From: Promethearchaeum syntrophicum
GTDB taxonomy: Archaea > Asgardarchaeota > Lokiarchaeia > Sigyniarchaeales > Promethearchaeaceae
Assembly: GCF_008000775.2 (NCBI RefSeq)
Contig: NZ_CP042905.2
Location: 1,800,001 to 1,832,000 of the forward strand
Length of the DNA: 32,000 nucleotides
Direction: 5' to 3'
Part shown: positions 1-9,455 of the stretch, piece after piece
Numbering within the stretch: position 1 is the stretch's first letter
How the letters are laid out: the number at the start of each line of letters is the position of its first letter
Notes under the pieces: generated by a model
The model's input: only the letters and a program-made list of their open reading frames with translations
What the model was told of the DNA's origin: nothing
Databases searched by the model: none
Program-made: the position numbers and the translations under genes

Positions 1-315
1 AATCCTATCCCTAGCTCTCAAAAAACTATAAAAATCCATCCTATTTCTTCTGATCAGTTTAAAAATTCACAAAGTTCAGTCGATCTTCCAACAGAAGATC
101 TCAGCTCATTATCGTCTAAACAATTATATAGAGAATTAATAAGGTTGGAGGCAAAACAATATCATTTAATTAAGAAACAGAAAACTTTACAAGAGAAATT
201 CAATGGTAGACAAATTAGTGAATCAGATTTTATAAGTACACGTGATGTAAATAATGTAGAAGTTAAAAATTGTGTAAATAAAATTCAACAGATAAAATCA
301 ATTATAAACAGATAA
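1..315 (+). CDS. hypothetical protein, C-terminal fragment (5' end outside window)
   Basis: Frame +1 is open from base 1 to TAA at 313-315 (NPIPSSQKT...LYRELIRLEAKQYHLIKKQKTLQEKF...QQIKSIINR*). Charged, coiled-coil-like. Absent from the ORF track because there is no start codon in the window. Confidence 0.4.
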   Translation, partial: NPIPSSQKTIKIHPISSDQFKNSQSSVDLPTEDLSSLSSKQLYRELIRLEAKQYHLIKKQKTLQEKFNGRQISESDFISTRDVNNVEVKNCVNKIQQIKSIINR

Positions 316-393
316 ACTTAATTATAAACAGATAAAATCAATAATAAAAAAATACAAATAATAGTAAAATAAAATTTAATTGGAGAAAGTATC

Positions 394-798
394 ATGTCTA
401 AAGAAGAATATTCTAAACTTTTGCAATCCGCTTTTGATAACGGCATTCCCTTTATAAATATAACAGAGTTCTATTCTTATGCCCTCATTCCTCAAGGTGA
501 TAAGTGGTTGGAAATTGCATACGATTTCGGTGAGAAATCGATAGACGAAAAAAAAGAGATTGATGGAGCTTCAGCTTTTTTTAAATTATGTGAAGAAGTT
601 GAAAAAAGCATGGCTCTAGAATTAAAAGTATTTTATTTGAATAAATGGAAAGAGTTTAAAAAAGGATTATCTGGATCAGAAGGAGATAAACTTAAATCTT
701 GCATTAAAGAACTAACCACTAATTCAAATGTGTATTCAGATGAATTGCCCGTAGTGTTTAATAAAGAAGATCTTGGAAAAATTCTTAGTAAACTTTAA
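394..798 (+). CDS. hypothetical protein (134 aa)
   Basis: ATG ORF preceded by GGAGAAAG 6 nt upstream. No recognisable motifs. Confidence 0.55.
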   Translation: MSKEEYSKLLQSAFDNGIPFINITEFYSYALIPQGDKWLEIAYDFGEKSIDEKKEIDGASAFFKLCEEVEKSMALELKVFYLNKWKEFKKGLSGSEGDKLKSCIKELTTNSNVYSDELPVVFNKEDLGKILSKL

Positions 799-902
799 CC
801 TATCTTAAGTTAGAGAATTCTTTTCAAAGTTTATTTATAAGCCTCATAAAATAAAAAAGTCGAGGTTTTTTTTACTATATTATAAATAACTTATAACTCA
901 AA

Positions 903-914
903 ATGTGATCACAT
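903..914. promoter_or_regulatory. perfect 12-bp palindrome ATGTGATCACAT abutting the start codon of the 915..1397 ORF
   Basis: Read directly: aaATGTGATCACATatg. The sequence is self-complementary, so it is a candidate dimeric-regulator operator. Confidence 0.25.
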
Positions 915-1397
915 ATGTCTGACCCTAAACCAATAGATTCAATACTCCGGAAGATCAAAAAAAAATGGGATTTGGATAAGGAAAATTGGTCAATATTGAG
1001 CAACCATGATAAAGATGGCAATAAAGAAATGCTTATCACTCAAGCACCTAATAGTTATTGGCTAAAAATGAAGACTGTCACTGCTAGAAGTCAAATGGCG
1101 TATGGTGTTGAATTAAAAAATTTAGATGAAGAAATCAGTAAGAAATTAGAAAAAAACAAAAAAATACCAGGAAAACCTAATACTAAACAAGAACTTATGC
1201 AATTATTTGGATTAATCGTACCGTCTAAAAAGGATATTTTATATACTGCTGGAGTTGAACAAATTTCACCTCAAAAAGTACAAACCCAAAAAGATAAAAT
1301 CGAGGAAAAAGAAAAAGACGCAGATAAATTGTTTAGATTATATTTACGAAGAAAATGGCAAAGAGAACAAGCATTAAGGGATGGATTGTATCTGTAA
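915..1397 (+). CDS. hypothetical protein (160 aa, lysine-rich)
   Basis: ATG ORF in the track. No recognisable motifs. Confidence 0.5.
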   Translation: MSDPKPIDSILRKIKKKWDLDKENWSILSNHDKDGNKEMLITQAPNSYWLKMKTVTARSQMAYGVELKNLDEEISKKLEKNKKIPGKPNTKQELMQLFGLIVPSKKDILYTAGVEQISPQKVQTQKDKIEEKEKDADKLFRLYLRRKWQREQALRDGLYL

Positions 1398-1409
1398 ATT
1401 ATTTAAATA

Positions 1410-2873
1410 CTAAATTCTACCATTTTTTAGATATTTTTGAGTACTTTGGTGATCAAACCAATAATTACCACTCCAACAAACCGTACATAAATCTTCTTTA
1501 GGAAGGTTCACGGCATCAATCATACCTTCCATGGATAAATACACCAAACTATCTGCATCAATCTCTTTACGCACTAATTCATTAGCTTCATCAGTAGAAG
1601 AAGCTTCAAATTCTTTCCTACAAAAAATTAATTCTTCTTTGGAGGGGAAATCTACTCCATAATGACAAGGAAATCTAATTGGTGGACAGGATGATCTAAC
1701 ATGAACTTTAACGGCCCCAGCCCATCGTAATAATTTTACAATTCTTGTCATTGTAGTTCCCCGAACAATGCTATCATCGATCAGGATAATTTCCTTCCCT
1801 TCTACAATAGCCGGAACTGGATTTAATTTCATTCTTACCAAATTCATTCTTTCAGCTTGACTTGGAGCAATAAAACTTCGAAAAACATACCTATTTTTCA
1901 TTAAACCTTCGTCATATGGAAGACCACTTTCTTTTGCATAACCCAATGCAGCAGATCGTCCTGAATCAGGTACAGGAACAACGATTGCATTATTATATTT
2001 AAATCCATGTTCCTTATCATACTTTGCAAGATTCTTTCCAAGGGCTTCCCTAGTTTTATGGATATTTTTTCCATCAATAATGCTATCTCCTCTTGCAAAA
2101 TACACATATTCAAAAATGCAATGATGGTTTTCAACTTCTAATAGTTTTTCTTGATGAAAAAAATGATCTTGGTGAACATGAATAATCTCTCCAGGTTTAA
2201 CATCTCTGATTAGTTTTCCACCTAATGAAGTTATCGCACTTGATTCTGATGCAATAATATATAATTCGGTATTTAATGATTTGACAGTTCCATAACAAAG
2301 TGGCTTATTTCCGCTCCGATAGGCATATATATCTCCTTCATTCGTTAAAATAACCAAAGAAAAAGCACCATCAAGAATTTTTGCAGTAAATTCTAAATTC
2401 TCCACCCAATCTTTCGTAACTAAAGTGTTAGAAGCAATAATATTAGCAATTACCTCTGTATCCCCATTTGTTAAGAAAATTTTACCCTTTTTACTCAATT
2501 CTTCTTTTAAAATCTTGTAATTAGTTATATTTCCATTATATACTATAGAAAAGGGAGGCGCTTGTGTAGTTTCGTAATGAAATGGTTGAGCATTTCTTAT
2601 ATCTCCAGATCCTGCTGTTCCGTACCGAACTTGACCGATTCCAACATGTCCCCATAATTTTTGCAAAATTTCTGGTTTCAATGCTTGAAAAACCAACCCA
2701 TGGTCTTTGTAGGTGTGAATTCTTTTTGAAGAATCAACAATACTTAAACCTGCAGCTTCTTGACCACGATGCTGTAAGGTCATTAAACCTCGAAAAATAA
2801 CTTGAGCGACGTCAACTGAAGGATCTCTAGCAACAACAGCAAAAACTCCACATTCTTCTCTAGGTTTAACCAT
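1410..2873 (-). CDS. purF: amidophosphoribosyltransferase (glutamine PRPP amidotransferase)
   Basis: Class-II amidotransferase N-terminus with a Cys nucleophile after a short propeptide (MVKPREECGVFAV). PRTase motif IILIDDSIVRGTT. Fe-S-type cysteines (CIFEYVYFA, CPPIRFPCHYG, CTVCWSG). The ORF is open to 2921, but the ATG at 2873 lies 13 nt after the purQ stop with GAAGGAA upstream, so I prefer 2873. Confidence 0.9.
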   Translation of the reverse strand: MVKPREECGVFAVVARDPSVDVAQVIFRGLMTLQHRGQEAAGLSIVDSSKRIHTYKDHGLVFQALKPEILQKLWGHVGIGQVRYGTAGSGDIRNAQPFHYETTQAPPFSIVYNGNITNYKILKEELSKKGKIFLTNGDTEVIANIIASNTLVTKDWVENLEFTAKILDGAFSLVILTNEGDIYAYRSGNKPLCYGTVKSLNTELYIIASESSAITSLGGKLIRDVKPGEIIHVHQDHFFHQEKLLEVENHHCIFEYVYFARGDSIIDGKNIHKTREALGKNLAKYDKEHGFKYNNAIVVPVPDSGRSAALGYAKESGLPYDEGLMKNRYVFRSFIAPSQAERMNLVRMKLNPVPAIVEGKEIILIDDSIVRGTTMTRIVKLLRWAGAVKVHVRSSCPPIRFPCHYGVDFPSKEELIFCRKEFEASSTDEANELVRKEIDADSLVYLSMEGMIDAVNLPKEDLCTVCWSGNYWFDHQSTQKYLKNGRI

Positions 2874-2886
2874 TTTTTTATTTCCT

Positions 2887-3657
2887 TCAAATTTGCTTTT
2901 TTCTGATATATTCAACTGCATTTTTGAATATTTTTAAGCCGTTTTCTGCTGGAATTTTTCCACGCGTCCATTTTGGGTGCTGATATTTATTTAAATGGCA
3001 TTCGGGATGAGGCATCATCCCAAAAATATGGCCTGAATCATTACAAATTGCAGCTATCCCATCTATTGAACCGTTTGGATTGTTGGGATATTCGTCTGGA
3101 TCATAAACAAATGGGACTAAATTTCTTTCCCACAATTTTTCCAATGTTTTTTTATCTTTAACTACAAATTGGCCTTCTCCATGTCTAACAGGAACTTCCA
3201 AATTATGTTTGTAATCGTGTGTCCATACACATGGTGACTTCAGTGGTTTTAATTGAACCCATCGCCCTTCAAATAAACCTGAAGCATTACCTATTAACGA
3301 TACTTCCTGTTGATATTGAACACCATCTAACTCGGGTAAAACACCCATTTTAACTAGAACTTGAAATCCATTGCACACACCAAAAATTAATTTATCTGCA
3401 TTTATGAAATTAGTTAAATCTTCTCTTAAATTATATCGAAACTTATTAGCTAGAACGCGTCCAGAACCAAGATCATCAGCAAACGCAAAACCTCCCGGAA
3501 ACATCAATATATTGTAATTTTCCAAGTTTTCTTTTTTATTGATTAAATCATTAACATGTACGCGATTTACGATATCTGCTCCTGCGAGTTCAAATGCATA
3601 TTTCGATTCATAGTCAGAGTTAATACCAAAACCAGTAATAATACATACATTGACCAT
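2887..3657 (-). CDS. purQ: phosphoribosylformylglycinamidine synthase, glutaminase subunit
   Basis: Type-1 glutamine amidotransferase motifs GVCNGFQ (Cys nucleophile) and GMMPHPE (His/Glu). The start lies 2 nt after the purL stop. Confidence 0.9.
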   Translation of the reverse strand: MVNVCIITGFGINSDYESKYAFELAGADIVNRVHVNDLINKKENLENYNILMFPGGFAFADDLGSGRVLANKFRYNLREDLTNFINADKLIFGVCNGFQVLVKMGVLPELDGVQYQQEVSLIGNASGLFEGRWVQLKPLKSPCVWTHDYKHNLEVPVRHGEGQFVVKDKKTLEKLWERNLVPFVYDPDEYPNNPNGSIDGIAAICNDSGHIFGMMPHPECHLNKYQHPKWTRGKIPAENGLKIFKNAVEYIRKKQI

Positions 3658-3659
3658 AA

Positions 3660-6587
3660 TTATTTACCTCCGTATATGGGTTTTAGCGTAGCTTGCCAAG
3701 ATTCTTTTAATTCTGCAATCGGAACATCGATAATAGTTTCGCCATCATTTCCGATGATATTTAAATTAGTTCCTTTAACAACCCCAATGTTGGCAAATTC
3801 TGTTCCTTCAATCATAATTTCAAAAATACCTTTATTTTCTGGTGTTATCGTTAATATTAATCTACTAGCTGATTCTGAGAATAAAATAATATCATCTCTT
3901 AGGTATTCATCACAGGGTATTAATGAGAAATCAATTTCCATACCAAATCCTCCAGCAAAAGCGGATTCTGCGAGAGCTACTCCTATCCCTCCATCAGAAC
4001 AATCATGACATGATAAAACTAATCCTTGTTGGATTGCTTTATATAAAAGTCGATATCTCTCTATAGCTGATTTCGGGTCTACTTGAGGAACAGAAACTCC
4101 TTTTAAATTAAGTTCATCTAGATATTCAGTTGATCCCAGTTCATTTTTTGTTATTCCTAAAATGTAAACTAAATCCCCTTCATTTTTTACATCCATTGTT
4201 ACTGCTTTTCTAACATCTGGTAGTTTTCCCATAACTGAAAAGAGCATTGTAGGTGGGACACTGACGCTAATTTCACCTATTCTATAATCATTTCTCATAG
4301 AATCTTTTCCTGAAATACATGGTAATCCAAAATTGGTTGTAATATCGTATAGTGCTTTATTAGCCCGAACTAATTCGCCTACATATTTTTCTTCATCTTC
4401 TTCTGTAAAACCCATTGCCCAGCAAAAATTATCTAAACCAGCTAAATAATCTGGATTCGTACCTACGCACACAACATTCCTAACTGCTTCATCGATGGCG
4501 TTGGTAACCATAGCATAAGTGTCAATATCTGAATATCTAGGACACATACCATGGGATACCCCTACACCTTCCCAAGAATCGAAAATTGGCCGTATAACCG
4601 CTGCATCACTGGGACCATCATTTTCAATACCCATGAATGGTTTTACTATACTTCCTCCTTGGACTTCATGATCATATTGTCTTAATATGGATTCTTTGGA
4701 ACAAATATTTAAACGGCCCAGCATGTTTTTAAGAGTTTCTGTTAGATTTTTAGGGCAATCGAAAATTGGATCATTAATTGTTGGATTATTCCAAAAACCT
4801 TTCAGTTTTTTCTGGGGAACTCCATTATGTAGAAATTCCATCGAGATATTCCCCACCATATTATTATCATAATAGAATTGGAATTGTTTTGAATTATTAA
4901 ATTCTCCAATTATAGTAGATTCTACATCATATTTCTTAGATAAAGATAAAAATTCATCAATATTATTTTTTGGAACCGCTATCGTCATGCGTTCTTGAGC
5001 TTCACTAATCAAGATTTCCCATGGCATTAATCCAGGATATTTCAAAGGAGCCTTTTCCAAATCTAAGCGAACACCTATATCCTCACCCATTTCCCCCACA
5101 CTTGATGAGATCCCACCCGCTCCATTATCTGTAATTGCATGAAATAGTTCTTTATCCCTTGCTTCCAAAAGGAAATCCAATAATTTCTTTTGAGTAAAAG
5201 GGGATCCTATTTGAACTGCTGTTGCAGGAGAACTTTCGTTAATTTCTAATGAAGAGAATGTAGCTCCATGAATTCCATCTGCACCCACCTTTCCTCCAGA
5301 CATTACTACAAAATCTCCTGGTTCAGGATGTTTTTCATGGGTTGGTTTATCATTAATACTTGCTGGTGCAATCCCTCCGGTCCCCACAAATACTAGAGGT
5401 TTCCCTAAATATCGTTCATCAAAATATAAACTACCATTTACTGTAGGAATCCCCGATTGATTTCCACCATCTATGACACCTTTATGGACTCCCTTTAATA
5501 CTCTTCTAGGGTGAAATAATCTGGGGGGGATTTCTCCCTCAAAAAAAGGACTTGCAAAACAAAACACATCAGTATTAAAAATTAATTTGAACCCTTTTCC
5601 AGTTCCCGCAGGATCTCTATTACATCCCACAATACCTGTGAGTGCTCCTCCATATGGATCCAATGCTGTAGGGGAATTATGAGTTTCAACTTTCATTGCA
5701 ATTGTGAATTCATCATTAAATTTTATTACACCTGCATTATCTTTAAAAACTGAAACCAAATAATTTGAATTGATTTTATCTGTGGCTCCTTTAATGTAAG
5801 TTTTAAAAACGGAATCAATGGTTTCTATCTTTTCTCCTTCAGTGTATTCGATTAAAGCATTAAAAATTTTATGTTTGCAATGTTCTGACCAAGTTTGAGC
5901 TATACATTCAACTTCAACATCAGTAGGATTAAGTGAAAGACCAAGTTTTTCTCGTTCTTCTTTGTTTTCTTTAAAATAGTCTCGAATGGCTTTCATTTCT
6001 TCTAAATTTAAAGCTAATACATGAATTTTACTAATATCTATTAAATTTTGGTCCGAACCCGATAAATCAAACTCATTTACACTTGGAACTTTGTTTATTA
6101 CAACTTTAGGAATATAGGGTTCAAATCCTTGGTAGGACATCCCTTCAACTATATTCCATCTTTCAATTAATTCATTAGCAATTAAATCATGAGTAATTAA
6201 TTCTGCGACATTTTTAGAAATCCCATAAAACAGATATTGTTTAGAAGAATAAACTTCGTCGACTTCTTTCTGTAAAGCGTCTTTTATTGCCTGTTTTGCT
6301 GTTTGTCCAACATTATCTGTGACTCCAGGTTTAAAACCGACTTCCACAATAGTTCCATTAATTTTCTTGGAAAACGGTTTGTTTATACTAAATTTTTCAA
6401 CAATTTGATCTGATAAAACTTCTTTTCCCAAAAATTCAAGTTCTTCTTGATTTAAATCCCCCACGATGGTATAAACGTTAATAATTTGAACTTTTTTTAT
6501 ATTTAGAATACCTAAATCTATCATAATTGCATTTTTAATATTTACATTGGTAGAAATCCCAACTTCTATTCTATGTACATTCTGCAC
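3660..6587 (-). CDS. purL: phosphoribosylformylglycinamidine synthase subunit PurL with N-terminal fused PurS-like repeats
   Basis: Motifs WSEHCKHK (aa 233-240), ETHNSPTALDPYGGA and TDNGAGG. GTG start. At 975 aa it has ~185 aa ahead of the WSEHC region compared with small PurL. Residues 78-148 (IVEVGFKPGVTDNVGQTAKQAI...LIANELIERWNIVE) read as PurS, and residues 3-70 as a degenerate second copy. Confidence 0.9.
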   Translation of the reverse strand: MQNVHRIEVGISTNVNIKNAIMIDLGILNIKKVQIINVYTIVGDLNQEELEFLGKEVLSDQIVEKFSINKPFSKKINGTIVEVGFKPGVTDNVGQTAKQAIKDALQKEVDEVYSSKQYLFYGISKNVAELITHDLIANELIERWNIVEGMSYQGFEPYIPKVVINKVPSVNEFDLSGSDQNLIDISKIHVLALNLEEMKAIRDYFKENKEEREKLGLSLNPTDVEVECIAQTWSEHCKHKIFNALIEYTEGEKIETIDSVFKTYIKGATDKINSNYLVSVFKDNAGVIKFNDEFTIAMKVETHNSPTALDPYGGALTGIVGCNRDPAGTGKGFKLIFNTDVFCFASPFFEGEIPPRLFHPRRVLKGVHKGVIDGGNQSGIPTVNGSLYFDERYLGKPLVFVGTGGIAPASINDKPTHEKHPEPGDFVVMSGGKVGADGIHGATFSSLEINESSPATAVQIGSPFTQKKLLDFLLEARDKELFHAITDNGAGGISSSVGEMGEDIGVRLDLEKAPLKYPGLMPWEILISEAQERMTIAVPKNNIDEFLSLSKKYDVESTIIGEFNNSKQFQFYYDNNMVGNISMEFLHNGVPQKKLKGFWNNPTINDPIFDCPKNLTETLKNMLGRLNICSKESILRQYDHEVQGGSIVKPFMGIENDGPSDAAVIRPIFDSWEGVGVSHGMCPRYSDIDTYAMVTNAIDEAVRNVVCVGTNPDYLAGLDNFCWAMGFTEEDEEKYVGELVRANKALYDITTNFGLPCISGKDSMRNDYRIGEISVSVPPTMLFSVMGKLPDVRKAVTMDVKNEGDLVYILGITKNELGSTEYLDELNLKGVSVPQVDPKSAIERYRLLYKAIQQGLVLSCHDCSDGGIGVALAESAFAGGFGMEIDFSLIPCDEYLRDDIILFSESASRLILTITPENKGIFEIMIEGTEFANIGVVKGTNLNIIGNDGETIIDVPIAELKESWQATLKPIYGGK

Positions 6588-6719
6588 GAGTGAATCGACT
6601 CTTTAAAACATATAATTTTATTAAATTCTCAAGTAAAACAATGGAAATCCATATAACAATTTTTTTATAAAAAAAAACAAATCCAAAAATAAAAATTGAA
6701 GAATGATTTAATGCCTCAC

Positions 6720-7118
6720 ATGAAAGTTTATTTAGCCATTAAATATCATCAAGATAATTCTAACAGGGAATTAATTATGCAAGTATTGCATGAATTGGAA
6801 TCGGTTGGGATTGAAACAATTTCTATAATGCGGGATTTTGAACAATGGGGAAAAGTACAGTATACCCCTCAAGAATTGATGAAATTATGCTTCGACAAAA
6901 TAGACCACTGTGATGCTATCATAATTGAGTTTTCAGAAAAGGGTGTGGGATTGGGGATTGAAGCAGGGTATAGTTTTGCTAAAGGAATCCCGATATATGC
7001 CATTGCAAAAATTGGGGCGGATATCTCAACAACTTTACAAGGTTTGACCAAAAATATCTATTTTTATGAGAAAATGGCTGAATTAAAAGAAATTTTTGAT
7101 AAAATGAAAGGAATATAA
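6720..7118 (+). CDS. nucleoside 2-deoxyribosyltransferase-like family protein
   Basis: MKVYLAIKY... N-terminus and SEKGVGLGIEAGYSFAKGIPIYAI, resembling the Gx(E)xG-AxAxGKP signature of the NDT/Rcl-like fold. The ORF is open from TTG 6696; alternative ATGs lie at 6711 and 6720. Confidence 0.6.
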   Translation: MKVYLAIKYHQDNSNRELIMQVLHELESVGIETISIMRDFEQWGKVQYTPQELMKLCFDKIDHCDAIIIEFSEKGVGLGIEAGYSFAKGIPIYAIAKIGADISTTLQGLTKNIYFYEKMAELKEIFDKMKGI

Positions 7119-7141
7119 TCAATCCCTATATTTAGAGAGGA

Positions 7142-7179
7142 AAATGAAATTCATTTCGATTTTTTCTCAAAAAAAAAAA
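7142..7179. terminator. candidate bidirectional terminator between convergent genes
   Basis: Palindrome AAATGAA-A-TTCATTT (7142-7156), then T6 (7160-7165) for the + gene and A11 (7169-7179, which is a T11 run on the - strand) for purC. Oligo-T tracts are the usual archaeal termination signal. Confidence 0.35.
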
Positions 7180-7186
7180 CAAAGCA

Positions 7187-8143
7187 CTAAACCCCAAGAT
7201 TGTTTTTTATTCTTTCAACTATTGAACCCTCTATTACGGGTTGAAATTTCATTCCAGTAATCATTTCATAAGATTTCACATATCTTTTTACAAATTCTAC
7301 CTTAATATCATCGGGTATACTTGGAATAACCCCTTCGCCCATATAACTCTTCTCATTTATCAGCCATTGTCTGAAAAATTCTTTATCTAATATATCTGGT
7401 TTTTGCTCATTTGAGAATTTGTTTGCATAAGAGTCTTGTATCCAAAATCGCGACGCATCCGGGGTGAATATTTCATCTATAACAACTAATTCATCTTCTG
7501 GAGTAATTCCAAATTCAAATTTACAATCAACTAAAATTAGATTATTTGAAGAACATAGTTTTGAAGCAAATTCAAAAAGCTTCAATGTTTTCTCTTCTAT
7601 TTCTGCATAAATATCTCGATTAACCAGTCCTTTTCCAATTATTTCTTCGCGGGAAATAGGCATGTCATGTTCACCAACTTCTGCCTTAGTAGTGGGTGTC
7701 AAAACAAGATCTGGAAATTTCTGATAATTTTTTAAACCCTCAGGGAATATTATGCCGGAAACGGATTCTCCTTTTTGATAAGCTCTCCATGCACTTCCTG
7801 TTATATAGGCCCTAACTATCATTTCAACCGGTAATGTTTTACAATTATGGGCTCTCACTACATTCACATCAGGAATATCGATAATATGATTAGCTGCTAT
7901 ATGTTTAGTTTTCTCAAACCAAAAAGCGGACATTTGATTTAATAATTGACCTTTAAAAGGTATCGTAGTAATAACTCTATCAAATGCGCTAAGCCTATCA
8001 GTAGAGATTATTGTTCTAACTCCGGTGGTATCATTAATATAATTCTCTCGTACCTTTCCTTGATATCTTCTTCCCAAATTAGGTAAATCTATCTCATTTA
8101 AAGTGTTTCCTAACTGATCCCGAATTAAATTCTCATCAATCAT
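7187..8143 (-). CDS. purC: phosphoribosylaminoimidazole-succinocarboxamide (SAICAR) synthase
   Basis: Motifs YQGKVRENY, STDRLSAFD and LVDCKFEFG. At 318 aa this is the long form. Confidence 0.9.
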   Translation of the reverse strand: MIDENLIRDQLGNTLNEIDLPNLGRRYQGKVRENYINDTTGVRTIISTDRLSAFDRVITTIPFKGQLLNQMSAFWFEKTKHIAANHIIDIPDVNVVRAHNCKTLPVEMIVRAYITGSAWRAYQKGESVSGIIFPEGLKNYQKFPDLVLTPTTKAEVGEHDMPISREEIIGKGLVNRDIYAEIEEKTLKLFEFASKLCSSNNLILVDCKFEFGITPEDELVVIDEIFTPDASRFWIQDSYANKFSNEQKPDILDKEFFRQWLINEKSYMGEGVIPSIPDDIKVEFVKRYVKSYEMITGMKFQPVIEGSIVERIKNNLGV

Positions 8144-8195
8144 GCTAATCTATAAAAATAATTGTGCAATTAAAAAGTAATCTATGAATGGATTA

Positions 8196-8549
8196 TTACT
8201 GCTTTTTATAATTCTTTGCTGAAAATTCTTTGATTGGGTATTTTATTGCGTTCTTCTCAATTTTTTGCGCGATTATTTCTGTAAAATTTTCCAATTTCAA
8301 TGAATTTACTAAATTTATTAAATATATAAATACATCCGCCATTTCATCAGTGAGGGAATCAAGATTTTTAGGAACGAAATCGTCAGATTGAAATAAAAAA
8401 ACTTCTAATAATTCCGCGGCTTCAATGTTTAACGCTATTGCAAGAGCTTTAGGTGAATGGTATTGATTCCAATCTCTTTCATCTATAAAATTTTTAACTT
8501 TCCTCCTAAAATCCATAATTGTTGTACTTGAATCGTTTTTTAAATCCAT
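8196..8549 (-). CDS. MazG-like / dCTPase-type nucleoside triphosphate pyrophosphohydrolase
   Basis: 117-aa all-alpha protein with FIDERDWNQYHSPKALAIALNIEAAELLE and TDEMADVFIYL, the paired acidic metal-binding helices of the MazG/DCTPP1-like family. Confidence 0.7.
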   Translation of the reverse strand: MDLKNDSSTTIMDFRRKVKNFIDERDWNQYHSPKALAIALNIEAAELLEVFLFQSDDFVPKNLDSLTDEMADVFIYLINLVNSLKLENFTEIIAQKIEKNAIKYPIKEFSAKNYKKQ

Positions 8550-8564
8550 GATTGTTCATCTAAA

Positions 8565-9404
8565 TTATTTATTTCTTATTATTTTGTGTTTTATTAAAAA
8601 ATTAAAAATTGTTTCATTATATTCTTGAAATATCTGTGATAATCCAAAATGTCCTGTCATTTTTACAATATGCAGTTCAGAATCTGCTATTTCATCGTGC
8701 ATTTCTTTAGACATATAAAAAGGAGCAAAATTATCTAGTTCTGCTCCCATAATTAAACATGGACAAATTATTGGAGAAGGATCTAATCCTAATTCAGTCA
8801 TATCTAATATTTCAGCGCGAATTTTTTCCTTCAATATCTCTTTTTCCGAATTTGAAGTTTCAATATCTTCAGGTTCAATTGCCCCGTGAATAAATGGTAA
8901 AGTTCTATCAATAATAGTATCTATAGATGTCTGAGCTATTTTCTTAAAATTAATTCGTGTAAACTGAGGAAGAAGATTCCAGAAAATATTACGGATTGTA
9001 TTATCCAATTTTAAAGTTCCTCCATTTAAAATAATAAGAAATGACACCTTTTCAGGGTTACTCAATGCATACTCTAACGATACACAGCTTCCAAATAAAC
9101 TATGCCCTATAAATCCAAATTTTGAATCAATTTCCAAGAGATTTAGTAAGTGCTGGAGATCATTTACTGTCTGTTCAATAAGATTTTCTTGTAAATCTTC
9201 CTTAGAACTCTCACTTTTTCCATGGCCAACCGCATCAAATAGTATAATTTGAAAATGTTTCTTAAGGAAAGGAATCTGTTTTGCAAACATTGTTAAAGAT
9301 GAACCATATCCGTGAACCAGAACAATTTTTGGAAAGTGATCTTTTTCACCATTAATCACTCTATAATACACATTCAGTGAGAGTTGATTTTTGAAAAAGG
9401 GCAT
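8565..9404 (-). CDS. alpha/beta-fold hydrolase
   Basis: LVHGYGSS oxyanion region, nucleophile elbow GHSLFG (G-x-S-x-G) and a C-terminal His (KMTGHF). Confidence 0.75.
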   Translation of the reverse strand: MPFFKNQLSLNVYYRVINGEKDHFPKIVLVHGYGSSLTMFAKQIPFLKKHFQIILFDAVGHGKSESSKEDLQENLIEQTVNDLQHLLNLLEIDSKFGFIGHSLFGSCVSLEYALSNPEKVSFLIILNGGTLKLDNTIRNIFWNLLPQFTRINFKKIAQTSIDTIIDRTLPFIHGAIEPEDIETSNSEKEILKEKIRAEILDMTELGLDPSPIICPCLIMGAELDNFAPFYMSKEMHDEIADSELHIVKMTGHFGLSQIFQEYNETIFNFLIKHKIIRNK

Positions 9405-9455
9405 TAGAATAGATAATACGAAAAAATATAAAAAAAATTACAACTGGATTAAATC

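Noticed and set aside
2874-2921. 5' extensions of track ORFs (purF to 2921; NDT-like from 6696; gyrB from 12269; antitoxin 2 from 25640; flotillin from 26636; EAP30-like from 27975)
   Set aside because: The extensions use TTG/GTG starts or overlap the upstream gene, and they add non-conserved K/N/L-rich leaders. Internal ATGs have better SD spacing and restore family-typical N-termini. The exact starts remain unverified.
1901-4872. Track ORFs 1901..2134(-), 2582..2800(+), 2973..3161(+), 3556..4008(+) and 4687..4872(+)
   Set aside because: All lie inside purF, purQ or purL, either in other frames or on the opposite strand. Their translations are low-complexity and hydrophobic, with no motifs. 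They are typical shadow ORFs of an AT-rich genome.
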